64,000 nt of DNA, taken from contig JAANOX010000130.1 of assembly GCA_020184695.1 (NCBI GenBank), positions 1 through 64,000 on the forward strand, read 5' to 3'. Positions 23,042-33,147 of the stretch are shown piece by piece. The notes beneath the pieces were generated by a model. It ran no database searches. It saw only the letters and a program-made list of their open reading frames with translations, and was not told where the DNA came from. The stretch's first letter is position 1, and the number at the start of each line of letters is the position of its first letter. The stretch is from Histomonas meleagridis 2922-C6/04-290x. Taxonomy: Eukaryota > Protista > Parabasalia. Position numbers and translations under genes: made by a program.

Positions 23042-23427
23042 AGTAAAATATTCATTTAAATAAAAAGTTATGTAAAAAAAAAAAAATTATTTTTTAACAA
23101 TTATTTTTACTATATTTTACGTAATATAGTTTGTTATTATAATAACAAATCTGTTTAAATGTGCAAATAGTGTTTTTGATCATAAATAACTTATAAATAT
23201 CGAAAATTTAGAGAGATGTTTGAATCACAAATGTGCTGAATTGGATATTTTTGAGTTCATATAGCTGCTGCCTCTTTTTCTTGGACTACATAAAAAATGT
23301 TATTATACTTTTTTGTCATCATAATCAGATGTGGTCAAGTGACCATTTATTAGCACAAAATTGAGTCATTGGACGTTTGTATATTTAAGTCACTTTTTTG
23401 TGTACGTTATTGCTTGAAGAGAAAAAA

Positions 23428-23841
23428 ATGGCTAATTTCAAGATTAAAAAGCTGGCATGCACATTTAAGCCACCATCTATTGCGGTACAGTATGTTGATG
23501 ATAAAGGAGAAATAAAATACAAGCAATTTCAGGTTGTTTTTGCACAATTTTCTAACTTGGATGCATTAACACAAACATTGATCACAGATTATCCTGATTT
23601 CTTTGGTGAATCTGCAATTTCCAAAGGTAAGTTAAGAAAATTTTTGAAAATTATCATTTCAAAATCACCACCAATTGACTTAAGCATTATTTCCGCTAAA
23701 GATCCAAAGTTATACCAAATGTATAAGAAACAAATGGATCGTGAGTTTGAAATGAATCAGGTTAAAGAAGGAGATCCTGGTTTCCAATATGATCTTCGAG
23801 TTGAAGTTAATCCAACAGAAGAATGCGATTGGGATGACTGA
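23428..23841 (+). CDS. CEP19: CEP19-like centriolar/ciliary protein
   Basis: KKLACTFKPPSIAVQY at the N-terminus and KKQMDREFEMNQVKEGDPGFQYDLRVE...WD at the C-terminus match the CEP19 family pattern. Confidence 0.8.
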   Translation: MANFKIKKLACTFKPPSIAVQYVDDKGEIKYKQFQVVFAQFSNLDALTQTLITDYPDFFGESAISKGKLRKFLKIIISKSPPIDLSIISAKDPKLYQMYKKQMDREFEMNQVKEGDPGFQYDLRVEVNPTEECDWDD

Positions 23842-23946
23842 GTTATATCATAAAATTTAATGTTTTAGAAATAATTTTTTTTAAATTCAAATGAAATTCA
23901 TATGAATATACCAAAGATGCTTTTTATTAAAAATCGTTAAATTTGC

Positions 23947-24507
23947 TTAATATGAATTTTTGTATCGATCTCCTAAGTTTGGAGGAACTTTTCCAATCGA
24001 AACTAAAATCAAATCAACAAAATACCAAACTCCAACGCCCCCTAATGTCAATAATTTGAGTACTCCTAATAATACATAGCCGAGGTAAAATCTATCTGCT
24101 CCAAAAACACCGAAGAAAAGTGAACACAAGAACGCTGTGATATATGATTTGGTTCCTTCCTTAAAGCAACGATAATCATGTGCAATCCAATACCTTTCTC
24201 CTATGCATTCTATAGAACGTAAAGGTTGACATACAGCTATTCCATATGAGTTTATGTTTTGATAATTTGATTGGCATCCATCAGCTGGTAATTCTTCTTC
24301 TAAATCTGGGAAATACTGCTGGAATTTTTTGAGGCTAGAGCTTTTACATTCCCTAAAATCCTTTGGGAGTTGAGAACATGGAATTAATGCAGATTTTCCA
24401 TCCCAGTAAAGTGTGGTACAGTTTGAAATTTCGTTGTCCGTGTGATTGCAACTACGGTATGGAATTGAATCAAGTTCTTTAGAAAGAGCTAAGAGTAAAA
24501 AGAGCAT
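23947..24507 (-). CDS. TM2 domain-containing protein (TM2D/almondex family)
   Basis: Signal peptide, Cys-rich ectodomain, and FFGVFGADRFYLG...KLLTLGGVGVWYFVDLILV. Confidence 0.92.
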   Translation of the reverse strand: MLFLLLALSKELDSIPYRSCNHTDNEISNCTTLYWDGKSALIPCSQLPKDFRECKSSSLKKFQQYFPDLEEELPADGCQSNYQNINSYGIAVCQPLRSIECIGERYWIAHDYRCFKEGTKSYITAFLCSLFFGVFGADRFYLGYVLLGVLKLLTLGGVGVWYFVDLILVSIGKVPPNLGDRYKNSY

Positions 24508-25651
24508 TTCTCTTATTGGAAACCGTTAGCATAAGTCGGGCGGTTTTTAGCATTTTAAATATTATTTAATTATACATGGTTTTGAGAGGATATATAACGA
24601 CAAAATAATAATTGTCAAATCAGAAAAATTTTAAATCTTGTTGGATCCATGAACAACAACAAAGTTCCGACATTTTTCAAAAGATTTCTTCATAACAATA
24701 ATATGGTAATATACTATAGATATTTATTCCGAATATTAGGCATTTTTGAATTTCTTCTGATAAATTTCTAGATATTATAATTTTATATTTTATTTGAATT
24801 TAAATTGATTCTAATCGTTATTGTGTCAATTTATCTTATCGTTTTTTTAATGTCGATTGTGTTTTGTTTCCCTTTTTATTTATTAAATATAATAAATTTG
24901 ATAATATTATGAAGTCATCATGCAATTTGCAACAATCAAAATTTCTTCAATCTCTCTCTATTACTATATTTTAAATATTTTTTACAATACTTTGTAATTA
25001 TTTTTATCATTTTACCACGAATTATTGACGTTTCTTGAGAAAAAGGGATTAACCCAAAACAAAACACCCAGAATTGAAACGTTTATAATACATATCGAAA
25101 AAGTTATTTATTTCTGATATTTACATAGATTTCATAATGGAAAAAACACTATTCTTTATGATAATATTAAAACAATTTTTTCTCAAAAATTATCATAAGA
25201 AATCATTATACACCTAAAATATAGTTTGTTTAAAATTTAGTTGATAAAATTATGAAATTATAAAAAAAAATTGAAGAATTTTAAAAATTTAATTTAAGTT
25301 GTATTTAAAAAAATGAAAAATGGAAAATAGCTCCAAACCATTATATGATTTCCAAATTTCAAGCATTAGATAGTTTTTCCCATTATGTGTAAAAAAATTG
25401 ACACGGCTTTATGTTATTCTTTATTTAAAAAAATTAATTAATTTCCTAAAAATAAACAATGATCTATATTTTTATATTCCTTATGATGGCTTTCATCTAA
25501 CATATTAGTAATTTGTGTTATTGAATTGCAGAACATGAGATATTATATTTTTATTTTTGATGGTTATAGTTGGAACTGCTCGACAGCAATTTAATATAAA
25601 AACACAACATTTTTTTTAAAAAAATGGAAGTAATTGAACACGAAATGTTTA

Positions 25652-27985
25652 TTAGTTTTTATAATGTTCAAGTAGATTTACTATATTTTTGTGTCCTTTT
25701 TCAGTTGCCCTCAAAAGTGCTGTTTCAAGTGAGCGAAATAATTCCCAAACAATATTTTGAAATCCAAAATCATTTAAATAAATAGTATATAAAATATATA
25801 AATATCTTTGGCTTCAATATCAATTCCTTCCTGTTCAAGAAGTAATGCTATTACTTTGATATGCCCATTTTGAGCTGCTAATTAAGCGCCGTTTGAAACA
25901 ATTTGAATTATTTCCAAACATTAAAATGAAATAAAAAATTCTTAAAATAAATTTTAAAGAAAATAAATAAATATCTTTAGCATTAATATCAATTCCTTTT
26001 TGTTTAAGAAGTAATTTTGTTGTTTCTGTATTCCCTCTTAAAGCAGCATATATCAAAGCTGTTTGAAATAAATTGAATAATTCCCGAAAATTGCAAAAAA
26101 AATCCAAATAATTAAAACAAATATCAAAGAAAACATATAAATATTTTTAGCATTAACTTCAATTCCTTTTTGTTTAAGAAGCAACTCAACAATTTGATTG
26201 TTACCACAACGAGATGACATCATTAATGCTGTACGAAATAATTTGAATAATTTCCAAATATTATATTTTATTATAAAATAATTTAATTTAACATTAAAGA
26301 AAATAAATAAAAATTTTTCGCATTGAAATCAATTCCTTGGTGTTCAATAAGTAATTTTCCTATATCTGTATAGTTATTTTCAGTTGCCCAAATAAGAGCT
26401 GTATTAAGTTTTTTGATTAATTTCCATATTTTAATATGAAACATTAAATAGTTGGTTTAAATTTTAAATAATATAAAGAAATATCTTTAAGATTAACATC
26501 AATTCCTTTACAATCAACAAGTAATTTAACAATAATAATGTGACCATTTTTACTAGCTAATATAAGAGCTGTTTGAAATATTTTGAATATCTTTTATATA
26601 ATATTTTAAAATATCAAATATGTGATATTTATTTCATTTAAGATATAGAAATATTTTGAGCATTGATATCAATTTCTTCATGTGCAAGAAGTAAATTTAC
26701 AATCATCATATGACAATATTTACTTGCTTCCATAAGTGCTGTATCAAATAATTTGAATAATTTCCAAATAACTTTTTGCAATAAAAAATAATATAAATTA
26801 ATGATGGAAAAAGATAATGAATATTCTTAGAATTAATGCAAATTTCTTTATGATCAACAAGAAAATCTACTATATTAGTATGGCCTTTTTCAGATGCCCA
26901 AATAAGTGCAGTATTATGAATTTGAAATAATTTTGAAATAAAATTTTGGAATTTTTAATTAATGAAAGAAAAATTAAATAAAAGAAATATATATCTTTAA
27001 CATTAACATCGATACCTTCTTTTTTAAGAAGTAATTTAACAATTTCAGTATGGCCATTTTCTGATGCAAACATAAGTGCCGTTTTAAATATTGTGAAAGA
27101 TTTCCAAATATTATTCTCAATAATAAAATTATTAATATAAACATTAAAGAAAATATAAAAACACTATCTTTAAAATTAATATCATTTCCTTCTTTAGGAA
27201 GAATTAGTTTGACTAGTTCTATATAGCCATTAGCAGACGCATTCATAAGTATTGTTTCGAACATTTTAGATAAATTCCAAATATTATTTTGATATATCAA
27301 AATCTTAAAATAAATTTTATAAAAAAGCAAATTAATATTTTTAATGTTAATATCAATTCCTTCTTGCTCTAGAAGTAATTTAACAATATTCATTTTATTC
27401 TTATCATATGCTATGATTAATGCTGAATAAAATACTTACAATAATCACCAAATAATAAAAAAAATAAATTTCAAACAAAGTAAAAAACTATTTTTAGCAT
27501 TGATATCAATTCCTTTTTGTTTAAGAAGTAATTTTATCAATTCTTTATTGCCATTTTCAACTGCATACATAAGTGTTGTGTAAAATAATTTATATAATCT
27601 CCAAATGGTGCTTTGAAATCAAAAATTATTAAAATAAATATTAAAAAATTTAAATAAAAATTCTTTTCGTTGATATTAATTCCTTTTTGTTTAAGAAGTA
27701 ATTTTATCATTTCGATTTGATTACTTTTTGTTGCTAATATAAGTGCTGTATTAAATATTTTAATTAATTACCAAATCATATTTTAAAATATTATATTATT
27801 TAAATGAAAATATTCTTTAGCATTTATATCAATTCCTTCTTGTTCAAGAAGTAATTTAAAAATTTCAATATGACCAAATTTTGTTTCTATCAAAAGTGCT
27901 GTATAAAGTAATTTTTATAATCACCAAATAATATTATGAAATTTTAAATTATGAATACAAATATCAATTAAAATTTTAAAACATT
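25652..27985 (-). repeat. Array of 14 ankyrin modules, each preceded by a stereotyped AT-rich spacer (period 170 nt)
   Basis: Modules (minus strand): 27902-27813, 27749-27660, 27579-27490, 27426-27337, 27255-27166, 27082-26993, 26912-26823, 26742-26653, 26572-26483, 26402-26313, 26232-26143, 26062-25973, 25892-25804 (89 nt, -1), and 25723-25652 (terminal, with stop). Each reads TALxxAxxxGxxxIVKLLLxxxGIDINxK[D/N]. Confidence 0.92.
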
Positions 27986-29164
27986 TTTAGTATTAACATC
28001 AATTGTTCCCTTTTTTTCGACTAAAATATGCTTCACTAGTTCAATATTTCCTGATTCAGATGAATAAATTAAAATGGTTTTTGGGATAGGATTAGATTTA
28101 AGGAAATAGTTTACAAGAAAAATATTTCCAACTTTTGCTGATTTGTTAATAATATCATCAGTAATCTTCATTCCTTCTTCTTGTAAGAATGATAAAATTT
28201 CATAATTATGATATATAATACATAACTTTCCTAATTCTTCTAATTCATTAATTTCAACAATTTTATTTTCATAAAGATAATAAAAGATATCATTTCGATG
28301 AAATTTAATTGCTATTTCATGCCCACCTTCAAATGATGAATGATATTGTTTACATAAATGAATAATTTCTAAATTTCCACCTGCAATTGCATATTTACCT
28401 GTTTTCTTTACCTTTGATTTGTTTAATAACAAATATTTAAAGCATTTAATTGATCCAAAAAATGCTGCATAATCAATTAATGTGATTTTTCTTTGATTAA
28501 TAAAGGAACATCTTTCATAAAGTGATGGATAAATTATTTGATTGAAATTAAAATTTGTTTGTGATGATATTTCTTGAAGTTTTTCTATCTCATCATTTCG
28601 AATTATTTTAGCAATTTCATTTGGATTATGTCCTTCTTTAATATGTTTCTTATGAAGTTCCCAATCATTCTTTGAAAGTTCTTTTAAATTTTGTTCGATA
28701 TTCTCTATAAATTCCTCATCACCATTATTGTAGATTTCATTTAATAGTTGATATGGCATATAATGTATAAAATATGATTTATTAATATTTTTGGAATGAA
28801 GAATTTCTGGATTTAGTAAATTTTGTTCAATCATTTTCTCAATTAAATAACATGATTCTTGAGAGGTTTCATTGAAAGCAACTTGAGCAAAAACTTCAGA
28901 TATTTTTTGTTTAACTTTTTGTCCCTCCATTTTTTCAATTTCCTTTATAAAGTTCAGATATATATCAGTATCAATTATTCTTATAGAGGAAAGTGTGTAT
29001 ATCATCTTACAAATGATTAGATTAATAGAAAATATATAATTATCATCCATTATATTAATTATAGAACTTGCTGATTGTGATATATTATTCTTTTCTAAAT
29101 TAAAAATTGTTTGCTTGATTTCTTTTAATGTTTCCCATTCACTTATAGTTTGATTTTGATTCAT
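27968..29164 (-). CDS. DUF3447-type ankyrin-family protein, N-terminal ORF (probably continued by the interrupted ankyrin array)
   Basis: LIDYAAFFGSIKCFKYLLLN, AIAGGNLEIIHLC, AIKFHRNDIF motifs. Ends in a partial ankyrin repeat (..IDVNTKN) and stops six codons into spacer 1. Confidence 0.88.
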   Translation of the reverse strand: MNQNQTISEWETLKEIKQTIFNLEKNNISQSASSIINIMDDNYIFSINLIICKMIYTLSSIRIIDTDIYLNFIKEIEKMEGQKVKQKISEVFAQVAFNETSQESCYLIEKMIEQNLLNPEILHSKNINKSYFIHYMPYQLLNEIYNNGDEEFIENIEQNLKELSKNDWELHKKHIKEGHNPNEIAKIIRNDEIEKLQEISSQTNFNFNQIIYPSLYERCSFINQRKITLIDYAAFFGSIKCFKYLLLNKSKVKKTGKYAIAGGNLEIIHLCKQYHSSFEGGHEIAIKFHRNDIFYYLYENKIVEINELEELGKLCIIYHNYEILSFLQEEGMKITDDIINKSAKVGNIFLVNYFLKSNPIPKTILIYSSESGNIELVKHILVEKKGTIDVNTKNVLKF

Positions 29165-29251
29165 ATTTTCTTGTTTTTAAAATAATTCAAACAAACATCT
29201 CAAAGTTATGGGCATATTTTGACATAAAAACGGTTATGGAGTTTTTATACT

Positions 29252-29902
29252 TTACATTTGGGGTGCCTCATCACCGAATATTGACTTTATGATCTCTTCA
29301 ACAAGAGGAGAATCAGCTTGAAGCTTTGGAGCAAGATCTGCAGTTTGACTCTGCTCTTCAACAGCTTCCATTATTTCTTCTGAATCGTATGAACGTCTAA
29401 GCCATTCATTCTTTAAATTCTCATCCATGTCTTCAGGAAGAGGAAAGAATCGTGGTATGTGAGGTGGAATAAATTCGCTCTTAGATCTGTCTGTGTAATC
29501 TATAATTGAATTTGCTCTGAATGGGAAAAGATCACCTTCTTGTTGAACATCAGGTGAGAAAATTCTGGCTTGTGAAACAATTGGATAATCTTTTACAACA
29601 ACTTCTCCTGTGTTACCACGATCAACGATAAATGAAGAAAGAGAATTCATTGATTCACGATAACGTCTGAGAACATTGAAAACGTCATATCCATTTGGTT
29701 CTGTTCTTCCACTGAGTTCAACAATATCGCGTATTTCGCGAGCTAGCTTTGTTAAGTAATATATTGCAACATCAGCTAAAATATCAAGTGTATTTTCGGA
29801 AATACTAGCAATTGCTATTTCTTGTTCGTTTCCAGAAGATAGGTTCATTGCCATTTTTGCGATGAAATATCTGAAGAAATGACGTGTAAACTCTTCGGAC
29901 AT
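29252..29902 (-). CDS. Bromodomain-associated (BTP) histone-fold protein, TAF8-like
   Basis: SENTLDILAD...YLTKLAREIR..VELSGRTEPN..DV is a BTP histone fold. IPPHIPRFFPLP resembles the TAF8 proline-rich motif. Confidence 0.7.
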   Translation of the reverse strand: MSEEFTRHFFRYFIAKMAMNLSSGNEQEIAIASISENTLDILADVAIYYLTKLAREIRDIVELSGRTEPNGYDVFNVLRRYRESMNSLSSFIVDRGNTGEVVVKDYPIVSQARIFSPDVQQEGDLFPFRANSIIDYTDRSKSEFIPPHIPRFFPLPEDMDENLKNEWLRRSYDSEEIMEAVEEQSQTADLAPKLQADSPLVEEIIKSIFGDEAPQM

Positions 29903-30013
29903 ATCAATCTTGTTGTACCTTTAACGGTCAACTAGGAAAAAATTATTTCTTCAGCAATAAAATTGAACACATTTATATTATTATCAAAACATTAAAACAA
30001 ACAAATATTTTTA

Positions 30014-30421
30014 TTATAAGTTATTCGAAAGCATTATGAATAAATTGATAATTTCTATCAATAATGGAAGGATACATGTAATAACTGTTGGAATCCATAA
30101 AAGCATAACATTCCAATAGTTCACGATGGCAATTATTACTAATAATATCCCTAAAGAATGGAGAATGATTAAAATAAAATGGACGCGTATTGATTGTAAA
30201 GAAAATCCGACAATACACAAAATAGCAAGAACACCAAGACACACAGCACCTGTTATGAAACATGTTTTTAATTGTCTTGAAATTTCTGAAGTTGTCATTG
30301 ATGATGAGTTCACTGATAATTCTGGAACAGAATGCCATATACATGACCATACCAAAGCATGAAAAGCCATTACTGTGTATCGTATATAAAATAACTTCAT
30401 ATGGGGTTTTTCCTTCGCCAT
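30014..30421 (-). CDS. Small four-TM hypothetical membrane protein
   Basis: Four hydrophobic segments. Probable ATG at 30421. Confidence 0.7.
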   Translation of the reverse strand: MAKEKPHMKLFYIRYTVMAFHALVWSCIWHSVPELSVNSSSMTTSEISRQLKTCFITGAVCLGVLAILCIVGFSLQSIRVHFILIILHSLGILLVIIAIVNYWNVMLLWIPTVITCILPLLIEIINLFIMLSNNL

Positions 30422-30483
30422 TTTTTCTTTAGAAAGACGTTTATTAAAAAAACACGTTACAATGCGGAAGACGTTTTTTTCAA

Positions 30484-31746
30484 ATGGGTTCAATAGCTCC
30501 TTATGTTTTTCTTGGAATCCTAGCTTTATTTATTGTTTTATGCATTTATGTTTGGAAACACAAAGAAGAAATCCTTGAAAAAGCTGGTATTGAATTACCT
30601 CCGGCTCTTCAAGGTTTTCGAAAAAAAGAAAAAAATCAAAGAATTCATCCAAACTCAAAAGGGCTTAAAAAATTACATAAAAGTAAACCTGCTCCTAGTC
30701 AAGAAGTTAAGAAGGCTCCCAATCCAAAACCAAAAAACATTAAAAAAAATGATGAATCCAAAGAACCCAAAAACAAAGAAGATGACAGAATCTCTGATTT
30801 AACTATACAAACTCAAGATTCACCTATATCATCTTTAATGATAAATAATCCAGGGACTCTTTTGATTTGTAATACCAAATCTCATACTTCTTTTCTTTTT
30901 GCAGTTGGTAGTCTTGATTTTGGACTTTATCCATTTAAGCAACAATTCCAACTTTCTGAAGATGATATATTAGCATTAGCATCCATTCAACTTAAAGATA
31001 ATTTCCAAATTTTATATGCTCTTTCAACGCAAAAATGTATCCAGAGCTCTGCAATCACGTTTAATGATGAAGCCAAAGCAGTAACATCCAAAGGTCAATT
31101 TGAAGTTAATAATGCATTTCAAAAATCAATTCAAAAATTACTAGCTACACCTGATGGTGATCATGTGTTCGCCCTAACTGACCATGAACTCTTCACCATT
31201 TATAGTAACACAGGCCAACTCCAATTCCAACAAAGTTTCCCACAGAAAAAGTGCCACGACTTTCAAGTTAGTCGCGACTTCAAAAAATTATACATATCAA
31301 CAAATTGCAATATTGAGTGTTATTCTATCGAAAATATAGGTAAGCCTAACATATCATTAAAGAAAATTTCCGCAGTTACAACTAATTCAATTATTATATC
31401 ACTCACATACTTCGAAAAGACAAAACAAATCACATGTGCAGCAATAGATGGAAGCATTTCAGTATTTAAGGAGAAAATGGAACAAGGAACTGCATTAAGA
31501 TTTAATTCTACTGGTGTTAGAATTATTAGAGCTTCACCAACGTCCACTTTAATGGCTGTTATTTCACAAAAATCGAAGCTACAAATTGTTGATATTAAGT
31601 CTGGAACTTTACTTGCACAACTTGATGAAGTTCATAAAGGTGATGTACATTTCATTGAATGGGCTACCAAAGGAAACTGGATTTTCGTCGCAAGTAAAAC
31701 GAAACCTGGAATCGAAATATTTAGTACCTCTCTCGATAAAAAGTGA
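30484..31746 (+). CDS. N-terminally anchored WD40-like beta-propeller protein (TBL2-like architecture)
   Basis: N-terminal TM, Lys-rich linker, beta-rich repeats ending ..EVHKGDVHFIEW. The TBL2 assignment is from architecture only. Confidence 0.65.
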   Translation: MGSIAPYVFLGILALFIVLCIYVWKHKEEILEKAGIELPPALQGFRKKEKNQRIHPNSKGLKKLHKSKPAPSQEVKKAPNPKPKNIKKNDESKEPKNKEDDRISDLTIQTQDSPISSLMINNPGTLLICNTKSHTSFLFAVGSLDFGLYPFKQQFQLSEDDILALASIQLKDNFQILYALSTQKCIQSSAITFNDEAKAVTSKGQFEVNNAFQKSIQKLLATPDGDHVFALTDHELFTIYSNTGQLQFQQSFPQKKCHDFQVSRDFKKLYISTNCNIECYSIENIGKPNISLKKISAVTTNSIIISLTYFEKTKQITCAAIDGSISVFKEKMEQGTALRFNSTGVRIIRASPTSTLMAVISQKSKLQIVDIKSGTLLAQLDEVHKGDVHFIEWATKGNWIFVASKTKPGIEIFSTSLDKK

Positions 31747-31793
31747 TGATAATAAAAAGATAATTTATAAAATGCACTTTTTGTGATAATTGT

Positions 31794-32546
31794 ATGGATA
31801 TTTGGCCAAATAAATTTGGAATGGAAGAAACTAACAAAGAAAATGATGATTTGCATGAGGAACAACATGAAAATATAAACGAAAATGACGATGATTATTA
31901 TGCTCCTTTTGATCCAACGGCATTTCTTAAAAATCGGAATACAGAATCACCTAATGACTCAAACGAAACAGAAACAAATAACGACCAACAAAATAATATC
32001 CCTAGGGCTCACATTCGCTTAAGAACACCTCCACCTGAAATTGAAGAAGAAAATCAAAAAGAAGAAGATCAAACAAACGAACAAGTGAAAGAAAACCAAA
32101 CAGAAGAAATTCCTGAGCCACCTAAACAGGAGCCAAAAAAGGAATCCGAGGATACTATGTCAGAAGAAGATAAATGGAAATGTCCAATTTGTCTTGAAAC
32201 ACTTCAACAACCTGTTGTAACCCATTGTGGCCACGTTTTTTGCTACCCATGTATTTCCGAGTGGTTGCGTCGCTCTAACAGTTGTCCCGTTTGTCATGGA
32301 CAAATTGACGCCAGTCAGCTAATTCCGATTTATGGGCAAGGAAGCGAAGCTGATGTGAGCTCTCCACCGCCACCAAGGCCAGAATATCAAGAAGCAAGAA
32401 ATGATTATGCATTCAATAGATTCACTCCATTTCAATACACAGTTAACATCACGATGAACAACGTTCGTAACTTCTTCCATATGACACCACAAAAGGCTCT
32501 TTTTTTGGTTTCTCTAGTTTTTTTGGTTCTAACATTTTATGTCTAA
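31794..32546 (+). CDS. RING (C3HC4) E3 ligase, RNF5/RNF185/RMA-like, tail-anchored
   Basis: CPICLE..PVVTHCGHVFCYPCI..W....CPVC...IPIYGQG, PPPRP, and a C-terminal TM. Confidence 0.88.
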   Translation: MDIWPNKFGMEETNKENDDLHEEQHENINENDDDYYAPFDPTAFLKNRNTESPNDSNETETNNDQQNNIPRAHIRLRTPPPEIEEENQKEEDQTNEQVKENQTEEIPEPPKQEPKKESEDTMSEEDKWKCPICLETLQQPVVTHCGHVFCYPCISEWLRRSNSCPVCHGQIDASQLIPIYGQGSEADVSSPPPPRPEYQEARNDYAFNRFTPFQYTVNITMNNVRNFFHMTPQKALFLVSLVFLVLTFYV

Positions 32547-33147
32547 AAATCCATAAATTTTAAACTTTAAATGTTTTTTAAAATCTAACCAAATGAAGAT
32601 TGCATGAAACTTTTAGTAATTTAACGAATTCATTATGCAATGTAAATAATTTGTATTTTTTAACGAATAAAGACGCCATAAAAAACAACCTGCTTTCATA
32701 CTACTAGATGAAATGCTTGGAAAAAATATATAACGATCCATGTACGAGAAGATATTTATTGCCTGCAATGCAAGAAATTTTCTTACAATTGTACCAAATT
32801 GGAAGTTGTGAAAATTGAAAATCTCTTAAACAATAGATTCTTCAAATAGCATTTTGAGTGAAACATAATGATATTATTTAACATTTATTCTGAGTATATA
32901 TATATAGAACTTCAAATTCATTTTCGTTAAATTTATTAAACCAAAACAACGATCAATATATTTTCCAATGTAAATTGCATAATTATCTTTAGGTTGCTCC
33001 AATGAAAGTATAACTTAGAAAGGCGCATGAAGAAATCGCATTCGGCACAAAGATAAAGTCTGTCAGTGGCTCCATATGATATTTCGAAACAAACGTATAA
33101 GATATACATTAATCGATTTGGAAAAACAAAATATCAATAAATCGTCT

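Noticed and set aside
17464-23055. Many antisense ORFs inside the coiled-coil gene
   Set aside because: They are a by-product of repetitive GAA/AAA/AAT codon use and translate to S/L/F low-complexity strings.
25724-27982. Ankyrin spacers as ordinary GT-AG or AT-AC spliceosomal introns
   Set aside because: GT is not conserved at the 5' side and AG is missing at five 3' junctions. The obvious AT..AC pairings remove 82 or 84 nt from 80-nt spacers and do not restore the frame. No ACTAAC or TCCTTAAC branch motif is present.
25652-27985. CRISPR-like array or nucleosome-phasing satellite (170-nt period)
   Set aside because: The repeated unit is protein-coding ankyrin sequence in a eukaryote with no cas genes, and the spacers are homologous to each other. 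The match to nucleosome repeat length has no supporting evidence.
32770-32850. Micro-fragment of a BspA LRR (YNCTKLEVVKI)
   Set aside because: One partial repeat, which could be chance.
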